Of a DNA stretch of 64,000 nucleotides, positions 52,278 through 63,945 are shown piece by piece (position 1 is the first letter of the stretch; each line of letters opens with the position of its first letter). Below the pieces are notes generated by a model. That model made no database searches and was not told the DNA's origin. It worked only from the letters and a program-made list of their open reading frames with translations. Both the position numbers and the translations under genes were made by a program. The DNA is from Octopus sinensis (lineage: Eukaryota): positions 23,250,001 through 23,314,000 of the forward strand of contig NC_043009.1 of NCBI RefSeq assembly GCF_006345805.1, in the 5' to 3' direction.

Positions 52278-52608
52278 TGTGCTCAGTGGTTAGAGCATCT
52301 GGCTCACAATCATGAGGTAGTGAGTTCGATTTCCAGACCGGGTTGTATGTTGTGTTTTTGAGCAAGACACTTTATTTCGCGTTGCTCCTGTTCACTCAGC
52401 TGTAGAAATGAGTTGCGACATCACTGGTGTCATACTGTATCGGCCTTTGCCTTTCCTTTGGATAACATCGGTGACGTGAAGAGGGGAGGCTGGTATGCAT
52501 GGGCGACTGATGGTCTTCCATAAACAACCTTGTCGAGACTTGTACCTTGGAGGACAACTTTCTAGGTGTAATCCCATGGTTATTTATGACCGAAGGGGGT
52601 ATTTACGC
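52278..52608 (+). mobile_element. tRNA-derived SINE, family E
   Basis: GCTCAGTGGTTAGAGCA A-box, GAGTTCGATT B-box, TTGAGCAAGACACTTTA...CACTCAGCTGTA body, 3' TGACCGAAGGGGGT. Confidence 0.75.
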
Positions 52609-52989
52609 ATTACAACCTGGTATTGGCCCAACTTAGTGCAAATCACTTCGAATTAAAAAAAACCATGACTGTTACGTTGTCTGAATACGTAGGTATCACC
52701 TTTCAGTGTTCCACTTAGATGTAAATGACCCTCGACAAATCTAACTGTTGCAGCAAAGTCACAAGAGCTAAAAATATAGAGAAATAGCTAAAACAAACTC
52801 TGGATGTTAAATTATTCGCCAGTTTATCGCAGGATTATTCATTTTGGCCAGCTGAGTGGACTGGACACAACTGAATACAGCAAGCTATTTAATCTATCGC
52901 TGTACTTTTTCTTCTACTCACCATTCTTTAATAATTGCTCCTAGCAGAACCACAAGGGTTGGTGAGAGGTCAATAATATCGACCCTGGT

Positions 52990-53668
52990 ACTCAATTGGT
53001 AAGGCGGTGAGCTGGCAGAATCGTTAGCACGTCGGAAAAAAAATGCCTAGCGGCATTTCTCCCAGGTTTTTACATTGTGTTCAAATGTCACCGATGTTAA
53101 CTTTGCCGTTCACCTCCTTGGAATCGATAGAATAAACGCCAGTCAAGTACTGAGGTCGGTGTAATCGATTCGTTCTTTCTCTCTAAAATTACTGGCCTTG
53201 AACTTTGCAATGCTCCAACATCCCGTTCAAGAGGAATATTGTGATCTGTCACATATAGGCTATAGAAACCGGATAATCAGTTGTTTGAGTCCTGGGGCTC
53301 AAGAAAGGAAATTGCTTGACTAGTAGTTTATTTTATCAACCTCAAAAAAAAAAAACATGGAAGCAAGTTGACATCGGCGTGATTTGAACTTAGAACCTAA
53401 AAAGCTGGAAAAATATCGTCCGATGTGCTAACGATACTGCCAGTTCACTATTCTTTACTCTTTTACTTGTTTTAGTCATTTGACTGTGGCCATGCTGGAG
53501 CACCGCCTTTAGTCGAGCAAATCGACCCCAGGACTTATTGTTTGTAAGCCTAGTACTTATTCTATCGGTCTCTTTTGCCCCGAATCGCTAAGTTACGGGG
53601 ACGTAAACACACCAGCATCGGTTATCGAGCGATGTTAGGGGGACAAACACAGACAAACAAACACATAC

Positions 53669-53732
<64 letters not shown>

Positions 53733-54490
53733 TATATATATTATATATATATATACGACGGGCTTCTTTCAGTTTCCGTCTACCAAATCCACTCACAAGG
53801 CTTGGGTCGGCCCGAGGCTAAAGTAGAAGACACTTGCCCAAGATGCCATACAGTGGAACTGAAACCCGGAACCATGTAGTTGGTAAGCAAGCTACTTACC
53901 ATACAGCCACTCCTACACCTTTAATAATCCTTTCTTATTTTGGCAGCAGAAAGTCAGCCGTTTTGAGGGGTGGGGAAGTGGATTACATCGAATCCAGTAC
54001 TTGACTTTTATTTGTTTTATTGATCTCGAAAGGATGAGACGCAAAGTCGACCTCGGTGGAATTTGAACTCAGAGTGTAAACACCATTCTTTAATAATAAA
54101 TTCTAACAAAGGCACGAGGTTGAGATTTTGGAGAAAGGATAATCGTTTAAATTGATCCCACTGCTTAACAGTTACTTTATTTAATCGACCCTGGAGTGGG
54201 AGATGAATGGCAACGTTGACCTCGCCGTGATTTGAACTTAAAGAGTTGGAAGAAATGCTCTGACGACCTACCACTCCAACAACCTTCGACCCCCATTATT
54301 TAATAATGTTTTAAATTTAAGCACAGGCCCAGCAGTTTTTTAGGGTAGGAGAAGATGATTGCATCGATCTCTGTACTTCACTGGTACTTATTTTATCGAT
54401 CCCGAAAGGATGAAAGGCAAAGTTGACCTCCGCAGAATTCGAACCCTGAACGGAAAGCTGGACCAAATGCTTAACAACATTTTGTCTGGT
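52990..54490. mobile_element. Dense SINE cluster: about five family A copies plus a full family B/C copy (53454-53910, minus)
   Basis: Repeated head/core motifs in both orientations. Confidence 0.8.
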
Positions 54491-54823
54491 ATGGTAGGTT
54501 ATAGTAATTTTAATCGCAACCCACCTAACATCACTTCACAGTGTTTGGTTGGTATTTCATTTCCTCGACTGTGGAAGGAAAATTGAACTGATATCTTAAT
54601 ATCGACGATATTAAACAATGAACATGCATGTAACACATCTCGGTGCAAAATAGAACGAACGATATCTTACGGACAGACTGAGAGTAAAAGAAATTAATAT
54701 TGAAAGAATGGGGAACGAAGAAAATAGATGAGATTGCCGAAAGTGTTGGAAGAAAGAAAGGAAGATGAAAGCGATGTCTTTCGCTATCCCCAACTCTCTC
54801 AGTCTCTATCTGTCGGCTTCTTC

Positions 54824-55040
<217 letters not shown>

Positions 55041-55156
55041 GGTTTAGTAATTGAGATTCTAGTGAGTTCTAAAGAATTCACATGAATATGGTCCTTAACT
55101 AGGATGCACCGGATATCTATATGGTGTTAACCATACGACAAGTGGGGTGATTATAA

Positions 55157-55314
55157 ATAGGAAAAAAGCAACAAGAATGGATTAAAATCTCGGTACGATC
55201 GTTTCGTACGAGGACATCTTTAATAAGCTACAAAAAATGCAGTGAATACAGATGGCTCGTACTCGTCAGCCGAAAAAATATCAGAGAATTCCCAAACATC
55301 AAAAGGGGTAGATA
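55157..55314 (-). repeat. Left arm of 158-bp identical inverted repeat (pLTR-like)
   Basis: Exact reverse complement of 56737-56894 by eye. Confidence 0.95.
55190..55273 (-). ncRNA. Canonical type-I hammerhead ribozyme (family H2)
   Basis: Reverse complement of 56778-56861. Confidence 0.88.
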
Positions 55315-55733
55315 ATTAAATTTTGCTCTATTTTTATCTCCATTTCTTAGTCTATTTTTTATCCCATTACAAATATTAGTTAGTTAATTCTCTTAATTTC
55401 TTTTAAACTTTTAAAAATTAATTCTGCTAATACCAGACCTATCGTAGTGTATTGTGATGTGATATAATATATCAAAATAATATAATATAATATAGTGTAG
55501 TGTATTATAGTTTAGTATAATAATAATATAATTGTTTAATTTCATTTAATAACATTATGTATGTATTATAGTTTAGTATAATAATAATATAATAGTTTAA
55601 TTTCATTTAAAAACAACCCCATTTTTCTTTCCTTTCTAATGACCTCTTTGTAACCTGACAATCTATTAATATTACGGAGATGTACTCGCATAGCAAGTAA
55701 TTTGATCTGAGATCGTGTGCTGAAACGAAAACA

Positions 55734-56007
55734 ATTGCAGCGTGGAAGGTGTTTATAAGCCATTTAAGAAACACACAAAAGCCGTTCGATTCACTCCAAC
55801 ATTTAAGTTTAATTTGTCAAAATATTTTCGTCGCTAAAATCCGCGACCTGTTCACTGACAAAGTGATGCAGCACGGACTTTGTCAGTGAACAGGTCGCGG
55901 ATTTTATCGACGAAAATATTTTGACAAATTAAACTTAAATGTTGGAGTGAATCGAACGGCTTTTGTGTGTTTCTTAAATGGCTTATAAACACCTTCCACG
56001 CTGCAAT
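55734..56007. repeat. Palindrome with 131-bp arms and 12-nt spacer (pLTR-like)
   Basis: Arms 55734-55864 and 55877-56007, spacer GATGCAGCACGG; one mismatch (55834 vs 55907). Confidence 0.97.
55879..55928 (+). ncRNA. Variant hammerhead with G3-C8 core (family H3); mirror copy 55813-55862 on minus strand
   Basis: Stem I TTTGTCA/TGACAAA; core GTGAACA; extra G; stem II GTCGC/(G or T)CGAC; GAAA; palindromic stem III AATATT; triplet UUU. Confidence 0.65.
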
Positions 56008-56736
56008 CTATTAATAGTAACATTTTAAATAAAGAAATAAATTGTTGACCTCAGTTCGAATTTGTTCCAAACGGTGCCCCAGCATGGCCACAGCTCATTA
56101 GCTGAAACTGGAAAAATCAAAATCAAAATCAAACTTAGACTTTTTTGTTAGTATCAAATTGTGCCCATCCCCTTAGCTTCCCCTTTCCTTTCTCTTTGAC
56201 AGCTTAAATAGCAGTAACTGATTAAATTCCTACCCCCTTCCTCCTCTTTCTGTGATTCTTGAAAATTTCATTAACAACCTGAACCACTACAATATAAGAC
56301 TGTCATTTTTGCTTCTCATTCGGACTCCCTGATATTTTCGCATGATTGTACCCTAAATCTCTCCACAAAACTGGATTACGAACTATAAGGACATACACAA
56401 ATTTTGTAAGTTCAAGACTTTTTCATCGGATCTCCAAAAATCGAACTTATCTGCGATTCTTGTAAATTTCAATAACAATCTGTTCCTCTACACGATATGA
56501 CAGTCACTATGTTTTTACTCAGACTTTCCTCTACATGATGTGGCAGTCACTTTGCCTCTTACTCGGATTTTCAGAAATTTTGCGTGACTGTATCCGAAAA
56601 TTTCTTCATACAACTTGATCAAATATTCAATATGAGCTATATGTAGACATGCATAAATTCTATAGGTTTAAAACCTTTCATCGGATCTCCATGAATCGAA
56701 CTTTCTTCAATGCAGTTAATCTTACAACCTCTTTTG

Positions 56737-56894
56737 TATCTACCCCTTTTGATGTTTGGGAATTCTCTGATATTTTTTCGGCTGACGAGTACGAGCCATC
56801 TGTATTCACTGCATTTTTTGTAGCTTATTAAAGATGTCCTCGTACGAAACGATCGTACCGAGATTTTAATCCATTCTTGTTGCTTTTTTCCTAT
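56737..56894 (+). repeat. Right arm of 158-bp identical inverted repeat
   Basis: See 55157-55314. Confidence 0.95.
56778..56861 (+). ncRNA. Canonical type-I hammerhead ribozyme (family H2)
   Basis: TCGG, CTGACGA (56782-56788), GTACGAG...CTCGTAC (7-bp stem II, extended by CATCT/AGATG), GAAAC, GATC, GTA (56855-56857), CCGA. Stem III is the palindrome ACGATCGT. Confidence 0.9.
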
Positions 56895-56926
56895 ATATAT
56901 ATATATATATATATATACATACATAC

Positions 56927-56975
<49 letters not shown>

Positions 56976-56984
56976 TTTTATTCT

Positions 56985-57284
56985 CATAAGAATTCTTTTA
57001 AATACCCAGAGAATAGAAAGAAAACCAGCCTAGCAAAATATGTCTGGGAACTAAAAGAAAAGGAAGCCCCACCTTTCAACGTGACATGGAGCATTCTGGA
57101 CAGGGCGGCACCATACAGGCATGGAGCTTACAAATATAATTTCAAGTGCAAGCTTTGCTTATTAGAAAAAATGCATATATTATTCAAAGACAATAATTCT
57201 TTGAATCAAAGAAGTGAATTAATGAACTTATGTAGGCACAAGGCTAAATTTAAAATGTCGAATATAAATATACCATATGGATAG
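56985..57284 (+). pseudogene. C-terminal GIY-YIG endonuclease region of a Penelope-like element
   Basis: HKNSFKYPENRKKTSLAKYVWELKEK...VTWSILDRAAPY...CKLCLLEKMHIL...LNQRSELMNLCRHKAKF, the typical PLE terminus (C.LC..EK..I...LN.RSE....CRH). Confidence 0.88.
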
Positions 57285-58278
57285 AGTATATATTTTGTAT
57301 TTTGATTTTTGATTTTGATTTTGACTCTTGAGCGCTGCAACGGACCTATAGCAAAGTCTTATTGTTTCTACATATATATTAGGAAAAACTACAAACTTTG
57401 TTTTCATGTTATTGTATTGCATAAGATTACCTTGATTATTTATATTACCTTGATTATTTATAAATGACCCAAAATAGGATGTTATATTTTATTTTATAGG
57501 TCTTTCGTATATATTTTTATAATGCACCGAATTTTTAAAAGCAATGTTTTTTTTATAAAAAAGCAAGAATGTTTATATAAGTTTGTGTATAGCAAAGCAT
57601 ATGTATTTGTAAGCATACGTATCTGTGTATGTGTAAGTGAAAGTATGCTTGTGCTTAAGCACGCATACACACGACGGTATGTATATGTATCGATTCAAAC
57701 TTGTGTATGTATACTGGCCTCTATAGATGCCAAATAACATCGCTACAAATTTTTTTCCCCACCCCTCCTTCGTTCCTTTTTCTCTCTTTCCCTTTCTTTC
57801 GTTCCCCCTCCTTGCTCAGTATATGAGAATTGCTACATAGATGAATTTTAGCTTGCGTGCGAGACGTTTTGCGTGAATATATGTACACATGCTTTTATGT
57901 GTATAATTTAGATTCATATTCATACGTCTGTATATGTATGTATGGCGTTTACGCGCATCCTTTTGTGTATGTTGATATATATATGTGGATTTTAATATAA
58001 ATATGTATTGCAGTATTTATAACAGGTTTAATTTCTATGCATTAATTTGTACTGTCTTCATTAACGGCAACAGGTTTTTTTCCTCGGTATTTTCCTCGGA
58101 TTTTATAATTTTATAAGTTTTTATATATATATACATATATTTTTGACCTTTTTGTTTATCGCTCGAAGATTGACCGTTTTTTTCTAAAGGCCAATCAAAC
58201 AAGTCCATTTCTTTTTAAAGGTGTAGCGTTTGTAAGAGTATAGATTGAATTAATATATATGTTCCATTCTAGCAAGAA

Positions 58279-58316
58279 CTGTCTGATGAACGGCAACGAG
58301 AAACTCAGAGTAACAG
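58279..58316 (+). ncRNA. Minimal type-I hammerhead motif (family H5)
   Basis: CTGT, CTGATGA (58283-58289), ACG GCAA CGA, GAAAC, TCAGA, GTA, ACAG. Stem I 4 bp; stem III ACTC-A-GAGT; closing pair of stem II mismatched. Confidence 0.7.
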
Positions 58317-58348
58317 ATTTTGTTGAATTTTCTGCTGCTTAAAATAAA

Positions 58349-58381
<33 letters not shown>

Positions 58382-58532
58382 TATATATACTGTGGGTAAG
58401 TAGGAGAGGCGAAATGATAGTAGAAATAGTTTAATAGCCTCACACACACAAATATACACGAAAACATTATAATATATGCAAATCAGATCAAATATATGTC
58501 GGCATGTATATATATATGTGTATATATATATG

Positions 58533-58581
<49 letters not shown>

Positions 58582-58755
58582 GTGTTGTATGGTTGTTGTG
58601 TGTGTGTGTATATATGTGTGTGTGTGCGTAGTGTGTGTGTGTGTGTGTATGTATATATAATAAAAGAAAACGAAGAAAAGAAACACAAGAAGAAACAACA
58701 ACGCTACTACGTGATACATGCAGAGTATTAACAGACGCTCAGAGAAGGAAAGGGT

Positions 58756-58790
58756 GTTTTACGTTTCGTGCAAAGCTCTTCTTCAGAAGC
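58756..58790 (-). ncRNA. Minimal hammerhead motif (family H4)
   Basis: Minus strand GCTT CTGAAGA A GAGC TTT GCAC GAAAC GTA AAAC; stem III is the palindrome ACGT. Confidence 0.62.
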
Positions 58791-58893
58791 AGGAGAGAGG
58801 AAAGTCCATCAGAAAAGGAATACGGAGGAAAACAATCGCCAACAATCTACATGTAATTACATTTCGAAAAAAGAAAAAGAAAAAAATATATAT

Positions 58894-59287
58894 TCTTTTA
58901 TTCTTTTATTGGTTTCAGCCATTTGACTGCGGCCACGCAGCAGCACTGCCTTTAGTCGAATAAATTGACCCCAGGACCTATTCTTAGTAAGTCTAGTACT
59001 TATTCTATCGGTCTTTTTTGCCGAATCTCTAAGTTACGGGGACGTAAACACACCAACATCAGTTGTCAAGCGACGGTGGTGGGGACAAACACAGACATAC
59101 AGACGTATATATGTATAAATATACGGCGTTCTTCTTTCAGTTTCTGCCTACCAAATCCACTCACAAGGCTTTGGTCGACCCAAGGCTATCGTAGAAAACA
59201 CTTGCCCAAGGTGTCACACAGTGTGACAGAACACGGAACTATGTGGTTGGGATGCAAGCTTCTTACCGCACAGCCACGCCTGCGCCT
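58894..59287 (-). mobile_element. Full-length family B/C SINE
   Basis: Reverse complement of the 35829-36243 architecture. Confidence 0.85.
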
Positions 59288-59422
59288 ATATAAATATATG
59301 TGTGAGTGTGTGTGTGTATTAATAGTAATAGTATGACAACAAAAGAAAACGAAACCTCGATATTATGTAAATAGAGGAATTTATCTGTAATATAATATGT
59401 GACAATTATTCGGTTGCCATAA

Positions 59423-59480
59423 TAAAACTTGGAGTTTCGGATGTCGGGGCGGAAATTTGCTCCGGCATCTCGTCAGTTCT
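59423..59480 (-). ncRNA. Decayed type-I hammerhead motif (family H6)
   Basis: Minus strand CTGACGA (59470-59476), GATGCCGG...CCGACATC, C, GAAAC, TCCAA, GTT; stem I weak. Confidence 0.5.
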
Positions 59481-59914
59481 ATAAATATATGAGTGCATAC
59501 TTACTCGTATCTTAAGGGAAACAATTTTCTCAAGAGGGTACCATAACACTAATGATGTCTATCTTAAACACAAGGGCTTCTCTCAATTTTTCTTCTCAAG
59601 GGTAGCGGGTGCAGTCGATTAAACCGATCCCCCTCTCTCCGATACTTGGCTGGTTCTTATTTTTATTGACATCGGGAACGATAAAAGTTAAGACGACCAA
59701 TATAATAATGATTTATGAAATAAGCACAAGTCCCGATAAATTTGGTGCTGGTGGTAATGGCAGTGATGTGAAGATGGTGTTAGTGTGGTGGTGGTGGTGG
59801 TGGTGGTAGCAAAGGCGGTGATAGTGACGGTGGGGGTAAAACAGTCTGTTATATCGACCCTTAGAGTGTGACTGCTAGTTTACTTCACATCCCGTTCCGG
59901 AATAACAACAACAA

Positions 59915-60460
59915 TAAAGTGTGTATATCTTCATTTGTTCTTATGCCGTTTATATTAATATGAAGTAACAGAGAAGTGGTATGAGCATGTACCAAGTAAA
60001 GTTATGCAGGAGATGGGAGTAGTAACGATACTCTGGGACTATGATTTTCAGACGAATCGTGTAATCGAAGATCGTCGGCCGGATATTGTCATATTGAATA
60101 AGAGAGACAAATACTGTCAGATGATTGATGTAGCCATACCAAATGACATGAATGGTGTGAGTAAAGAGGTTGAAAAAGCCACCAAGTACTACGAATTGAA
60201 AGTGGAAATGTATGGAATGCGAGAGGGTAATGTAAAAGCGATACCAGTGGTGATCGAAGCGCTGGGCTCAATCCCATTGAAACTTCAAGACTTTCTAAGG
60301 CAACTAGAAATCCCGTGCAAGATTGATGTCTTGCGAAAAGCAGCCTTATTGGGCACAGCGCATATCTTAAGGAAAGTATTATAAGTCTGAGGTCCTTGTG
60401 ACACTTGACAGATGACTATAAACTCCGGTGCATTTTTACCTACACTGTGTTATGAAGGAA
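59915..60460 (+). mobile_element. Second R4/Dong-type 3' fragment
   Basis: KWYEHVPSKVMQEMGVVTILWDYDFQTNRVIEDRRPDIVILNKRDKYCQMIDVAIPND...KAALLGTAHILRKVL; highly similar to 13286-13721; followed by (TAA)/(TGA)n. Confidence 0.88.
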
Positions 60461-60476
60461 TAATAATGATGATGAC

Positions 60477-60512
<36 letters not shown>

Positions 60513-60659
60513 AATGTTTTAACCACAGCGGTTTACATTAAGTAAAACATTACGGACAGTACAGGACAAAATAAAGAATGTGTTTGTATGTGTGTGAGTT
60601 TGTGCTGTGAGGATATTAATAGTAATGGTGATAATAATTCTTCTATGCATGTATGTGAG

Positions 60660-60776
60660 TTTTGTACTAAACATATACATATAATATATATAATATTATA
60701 TATTATATATATAATATATATATAATATTATATATATATATATATAATATTTATATATATACTCATCACACAATGC

Positions 60777-60818
<42 letters not shown>

Positions 60819-60843
60819 GATAGATAGATAGATAGATAGATAG

Positions 60844-60890
<47 letters not shown>
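60660..60890. repeat. (TA)n and (GATA)n microsatellites
   Basis: Directly visible. Confidence 0.95.
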
Positions 60891-60891
<1 letters not shown>

Positions 60892-61419
60892 CTGGAAAGG
60901 AAATAAATTGATAGCTAGGGTGTGTAAGGCACACAGGCATGTATGCTAGGAAGATAGAGCCCGGTAACCCCAGGACGGATGGGACACAATAGATGATAAA
61001 TAGATTAACAGATAGACACACTGATAGATTAAGAGGTGGCGGGGAGAAGTTAGGGTAGGCATAACAGACGGATGGGCGGACAAGCGGAAAGATGGGGCAG
61101 ACGAAATAACAGACAGCTCAACAGCTCGATTAGAAAAAGACATACGGAAGGAATGTGGAAAATATAAAAAAATGTAAAGAAAAGACTAAAAAGATTCTGG
61201 AATAAAGATAGAAAGCTTTTATTTAATTTGTTGCGTTGTTGTTGTTGGTGTTGTTGTTGTATTTGTTTGTTTTGTATTTTTGTTTTGTATTTTATTTTAA
61301 TAACTGAGCAATTACGAATATATGTAATTGTATGTAGGTACGTACATGTATGTGCATATGCATGCGTACGTTCTGTGGAATGTGATTCTATTATACCACA
61401 CTACTCACACATGCTATAT

Positions 61420-61503
<84 letters not shown>

Positions 61504-61927
61504 GTGTGTGTTTGTGTACGTGTGTGTGTGTATGTATGTATGTGTACGTATCTTACATTAGATGTAGGTAGGTACCTTTCTGTATGTGACTTATGGTGAA
61601 GTTCAGCGTGCTTGGATGTTTACGTTTGTAAGCAAGAATTAACGAGGAAAGGTAACGAGGAAGAGAAAGAGAAAGTGAGGGAAAAAGTGGGGTGGGAGAG
61701 AGAGAAAGAGAGAGAGAGAGAGTGAGAAGGAAAGAAGGAAAAAAACAGAGGAAAAAAATGTAAGAGAAACAGTTCTGCCTGCTTTCTTGCCCATCCCACA
61801 CAACATCAACTAGAACAGCAGCAGCCCTTACCATCTTTGACTTGAAGAACTATCGTGTTACCATACCAAACTCTATCTTCACATCACCTTGCCATGAAAA
61901 CGAATAAAAAAAGACTACCGGTTGGTT

Positions 61928-61943
61928 GCGCCACCTGGTGGCC
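61928..61943 (-). promoter_or_regulatory. CTCF-consensus site overlapping an E-box (CACCTG)
   Basis: Reverse complement GGCCACCAGGTGGCGC fits the CTCF core CCASYAGRKGGC. Confidence 0.55.
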
Positions 61944-61958
61944 GTTCCCTCATTGCCG

Positions 61959-61997
61959 TATAAATACGTAGCTCTTCAGCTATTTAAGACATCAGTT
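61959..61997 (+). promoter_or_regulatory. TATA box plus initiator of the paramyosin gene
   Basis: TATAAATA at 61959-61966 and TCAGTT at 61992-61997. Spacing is 35 nt, slightly longer than typical; about 180 nt upstream of the ATG. Confidence 0.55.
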
Positions 61998-62172
61998 TTT
62001 GGGCGTTCGGATTAGTCTGCTAAATTTATCAGGTGGTAAGCTCTGTGCCAGCTGAGTATTTGCTGTAGCCCCCTCCATTTCGGCTTCAAATTGCTGAAAG
62101 ATAAATAGATTGAAAGTCTATTTTCATTGATATTCGTTTATTTGAGTAAGCAAGCGATTAAAACCAGAAACC

Positions 62173-62265
62173 ATGGACATAGATTCAGATATCAGTGTAA
62201 AACGCACTTATCGTCGTTATGAGGTGTACAGGGGTCAGTCTCCAACCAGTCAAAGCAGGACTGAG
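62173..62265 (+). CDS. Prm: Paramyosin, first coding exon (31 codons, phase-0 donor)
   Basis: ACCATGG Kozak context, upstream in-frame TGA at 62143-62145, MDIDSDISVKRTYRRYEVYRGQSPTSQSRTE, perfect donor GAG|GTAAGT at 62265/62266. The D.DSD...YRG.SP....R.E head matches the lophotrochozoan paramyosin N-terminus as I recall it. Too short to appear in the ORF track. Confidence 0.85.
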
Positions 62266-62479
62266 GTAAGTTTTTTTTTTTTCCTACCTCGGAAATACTC
62301 ATGGACGTTGCTATTAATGATTTTGTTGTCGTTGTTATGACATTTTAATTATTATTATTACTATTGCTACTTTACATTGCGACTATCATCACCGCTTATT
62401 GATTTCTTTGATCACTTAATGATCCACTTCTAAAATTTTCGTGTGGTTTTCATTATTGTAAGGCTTTTGCCAGAATCAT

Positions 62480-62516
<37 letters not shown>

Positions 62517-62707
62517 TACACACATACACACATACATACACACACATACATACACACACACTTGCGTACATATATACATACATACATGTGTATATAGACA
62601 TACACACATACCTACATATTATATATATATAAGTATAAATATATATACATATGTAAATATATATATACATAATAATATATATATATATAATATATATATA
62701 TATATAG

Positions 62708-62759
<52 letters not shown>

Positions 62760-62780
62760 AATACATATATATATGTATAT
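62480..62780. repeat. (CA)/(TA) microsatellite block in paramyosin intron 1
   Basis: Directly visible. Confidence 0.9.
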
Positions 62781-63619
62781 AACTTATACATTGATGATAA
62801 TATGAAAAGATTTTAAAGGACAAAAAAAATTAATGAAATGAAATCAAATTGAAGATTTTTCCACAATGGTTTTGAAAAAAAAGAAAATTATATGGAGAAT
62901 TACACAAGTTTCGGATTCTTTGGATAAATGGATACACACATACGCTCTACTTCATCTTGACAGCAGACGATACAATTATAAATCTAACGAAACACTATGG
63001 AAAGAATATACACCCAGAAGATCATAAAACAAATAATATTTGGAAACTAATACCATCTTCTTTTGTTTTGGGCATCGTTCTAACAACACCTACTTTCAAA
63101 ATTACCAAAAATGGATTTCAATTTTTTTCCCCTCGAAAAAGTCCAAGATAGCTTTTGGGCTTCAAATTTCTTGATGTAAATGATAATGCACAAAACTGGA
63201 TGCTTTCTGATATCTGGTTTGATGTATTTTGTTTTAATCTCATCGGAGAGTCGATTTCAGTCTTTCAATCCCTCCTTCGGAGATGAATGAAATAAATAAA
63301 TAGAAATCTCGCAACCAAATATATTGGAATCGATTTATTTAATATTGCTCCATTATTACTATTATTATTTTTACTTGAAAGCGCTTTTTAGCAGACGCTC
63401 GACCCGCTAGAAATAGCACGTAAATTTCTGTCTCTAATCATAAATTGTGATTTTTAAAAATTTCTTAAGGACACACTCTTATGCGTATAAACATATACAA
63501 AATGGTCATTGTTAGAAAATCTTTGATCATATTGGCTGCTCAATCAGAGCTGAGCAGGAACAAAGCAAAAAGATGTACAAAAAGTGAAAAGTAGAGAGAG
63601 AAAAAAATGAAAGCGAGAG

Positions 63620-63645
63620 ATAGAGAGATAGATAGATAGAGATAG

Positions 63646-63733
<88 letters not shown>
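63620..63733. repeat. (GATA)n-(GA)n microsatellite
   Basis: Directly visible. Confidence 0.95.
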
Positions 63734-63743
<10 letters not shown>

Positions 63744-63900
63744 TGAAAAAGTGGTGTCGAATCCCATAAATTCCATTATTGATTTAAAAAGTACAAATGT
63801 GCAAGCTAGCATTTCCGGCTTGAAATTTCCAAATTAGAGATAATCAGTAAACGAACAAAAACAATTTGATCCAGAAGCATCTATTTAATTCCTGCACATC

Positions 63901-63945
<45 letters not shown>

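Noticed and set aside
55501-55610. 61-bp-period tandem duplication (also small ones at 16393-16435, 56478-56565 and 57425-57460)
   Set aside because: Ordinary slippage duplications in AT-rich DNA; no further structure seen.
58162-58205. Possible hammerhead CTCGAAGA-TTGACC...GGCCAAT-CAAAC-AA-GTC
   Set aside because: Both core strands are mutated and stem I is absent; at best a dead relic.
62880-63151. Protein-like frames in paramyosin intron 1 as exon 2
   Set aside because: No ELED/ER..R heptad sequence expected for paramyosin exon 2, frames end in stops, and there is no convincing donor.
63230-63290. TCATCGG...TTTCAG segment as a minus-strand hammerhead
   Set aside because: The core is mutated and no stem II followed by GAAA could be paired in the right order.
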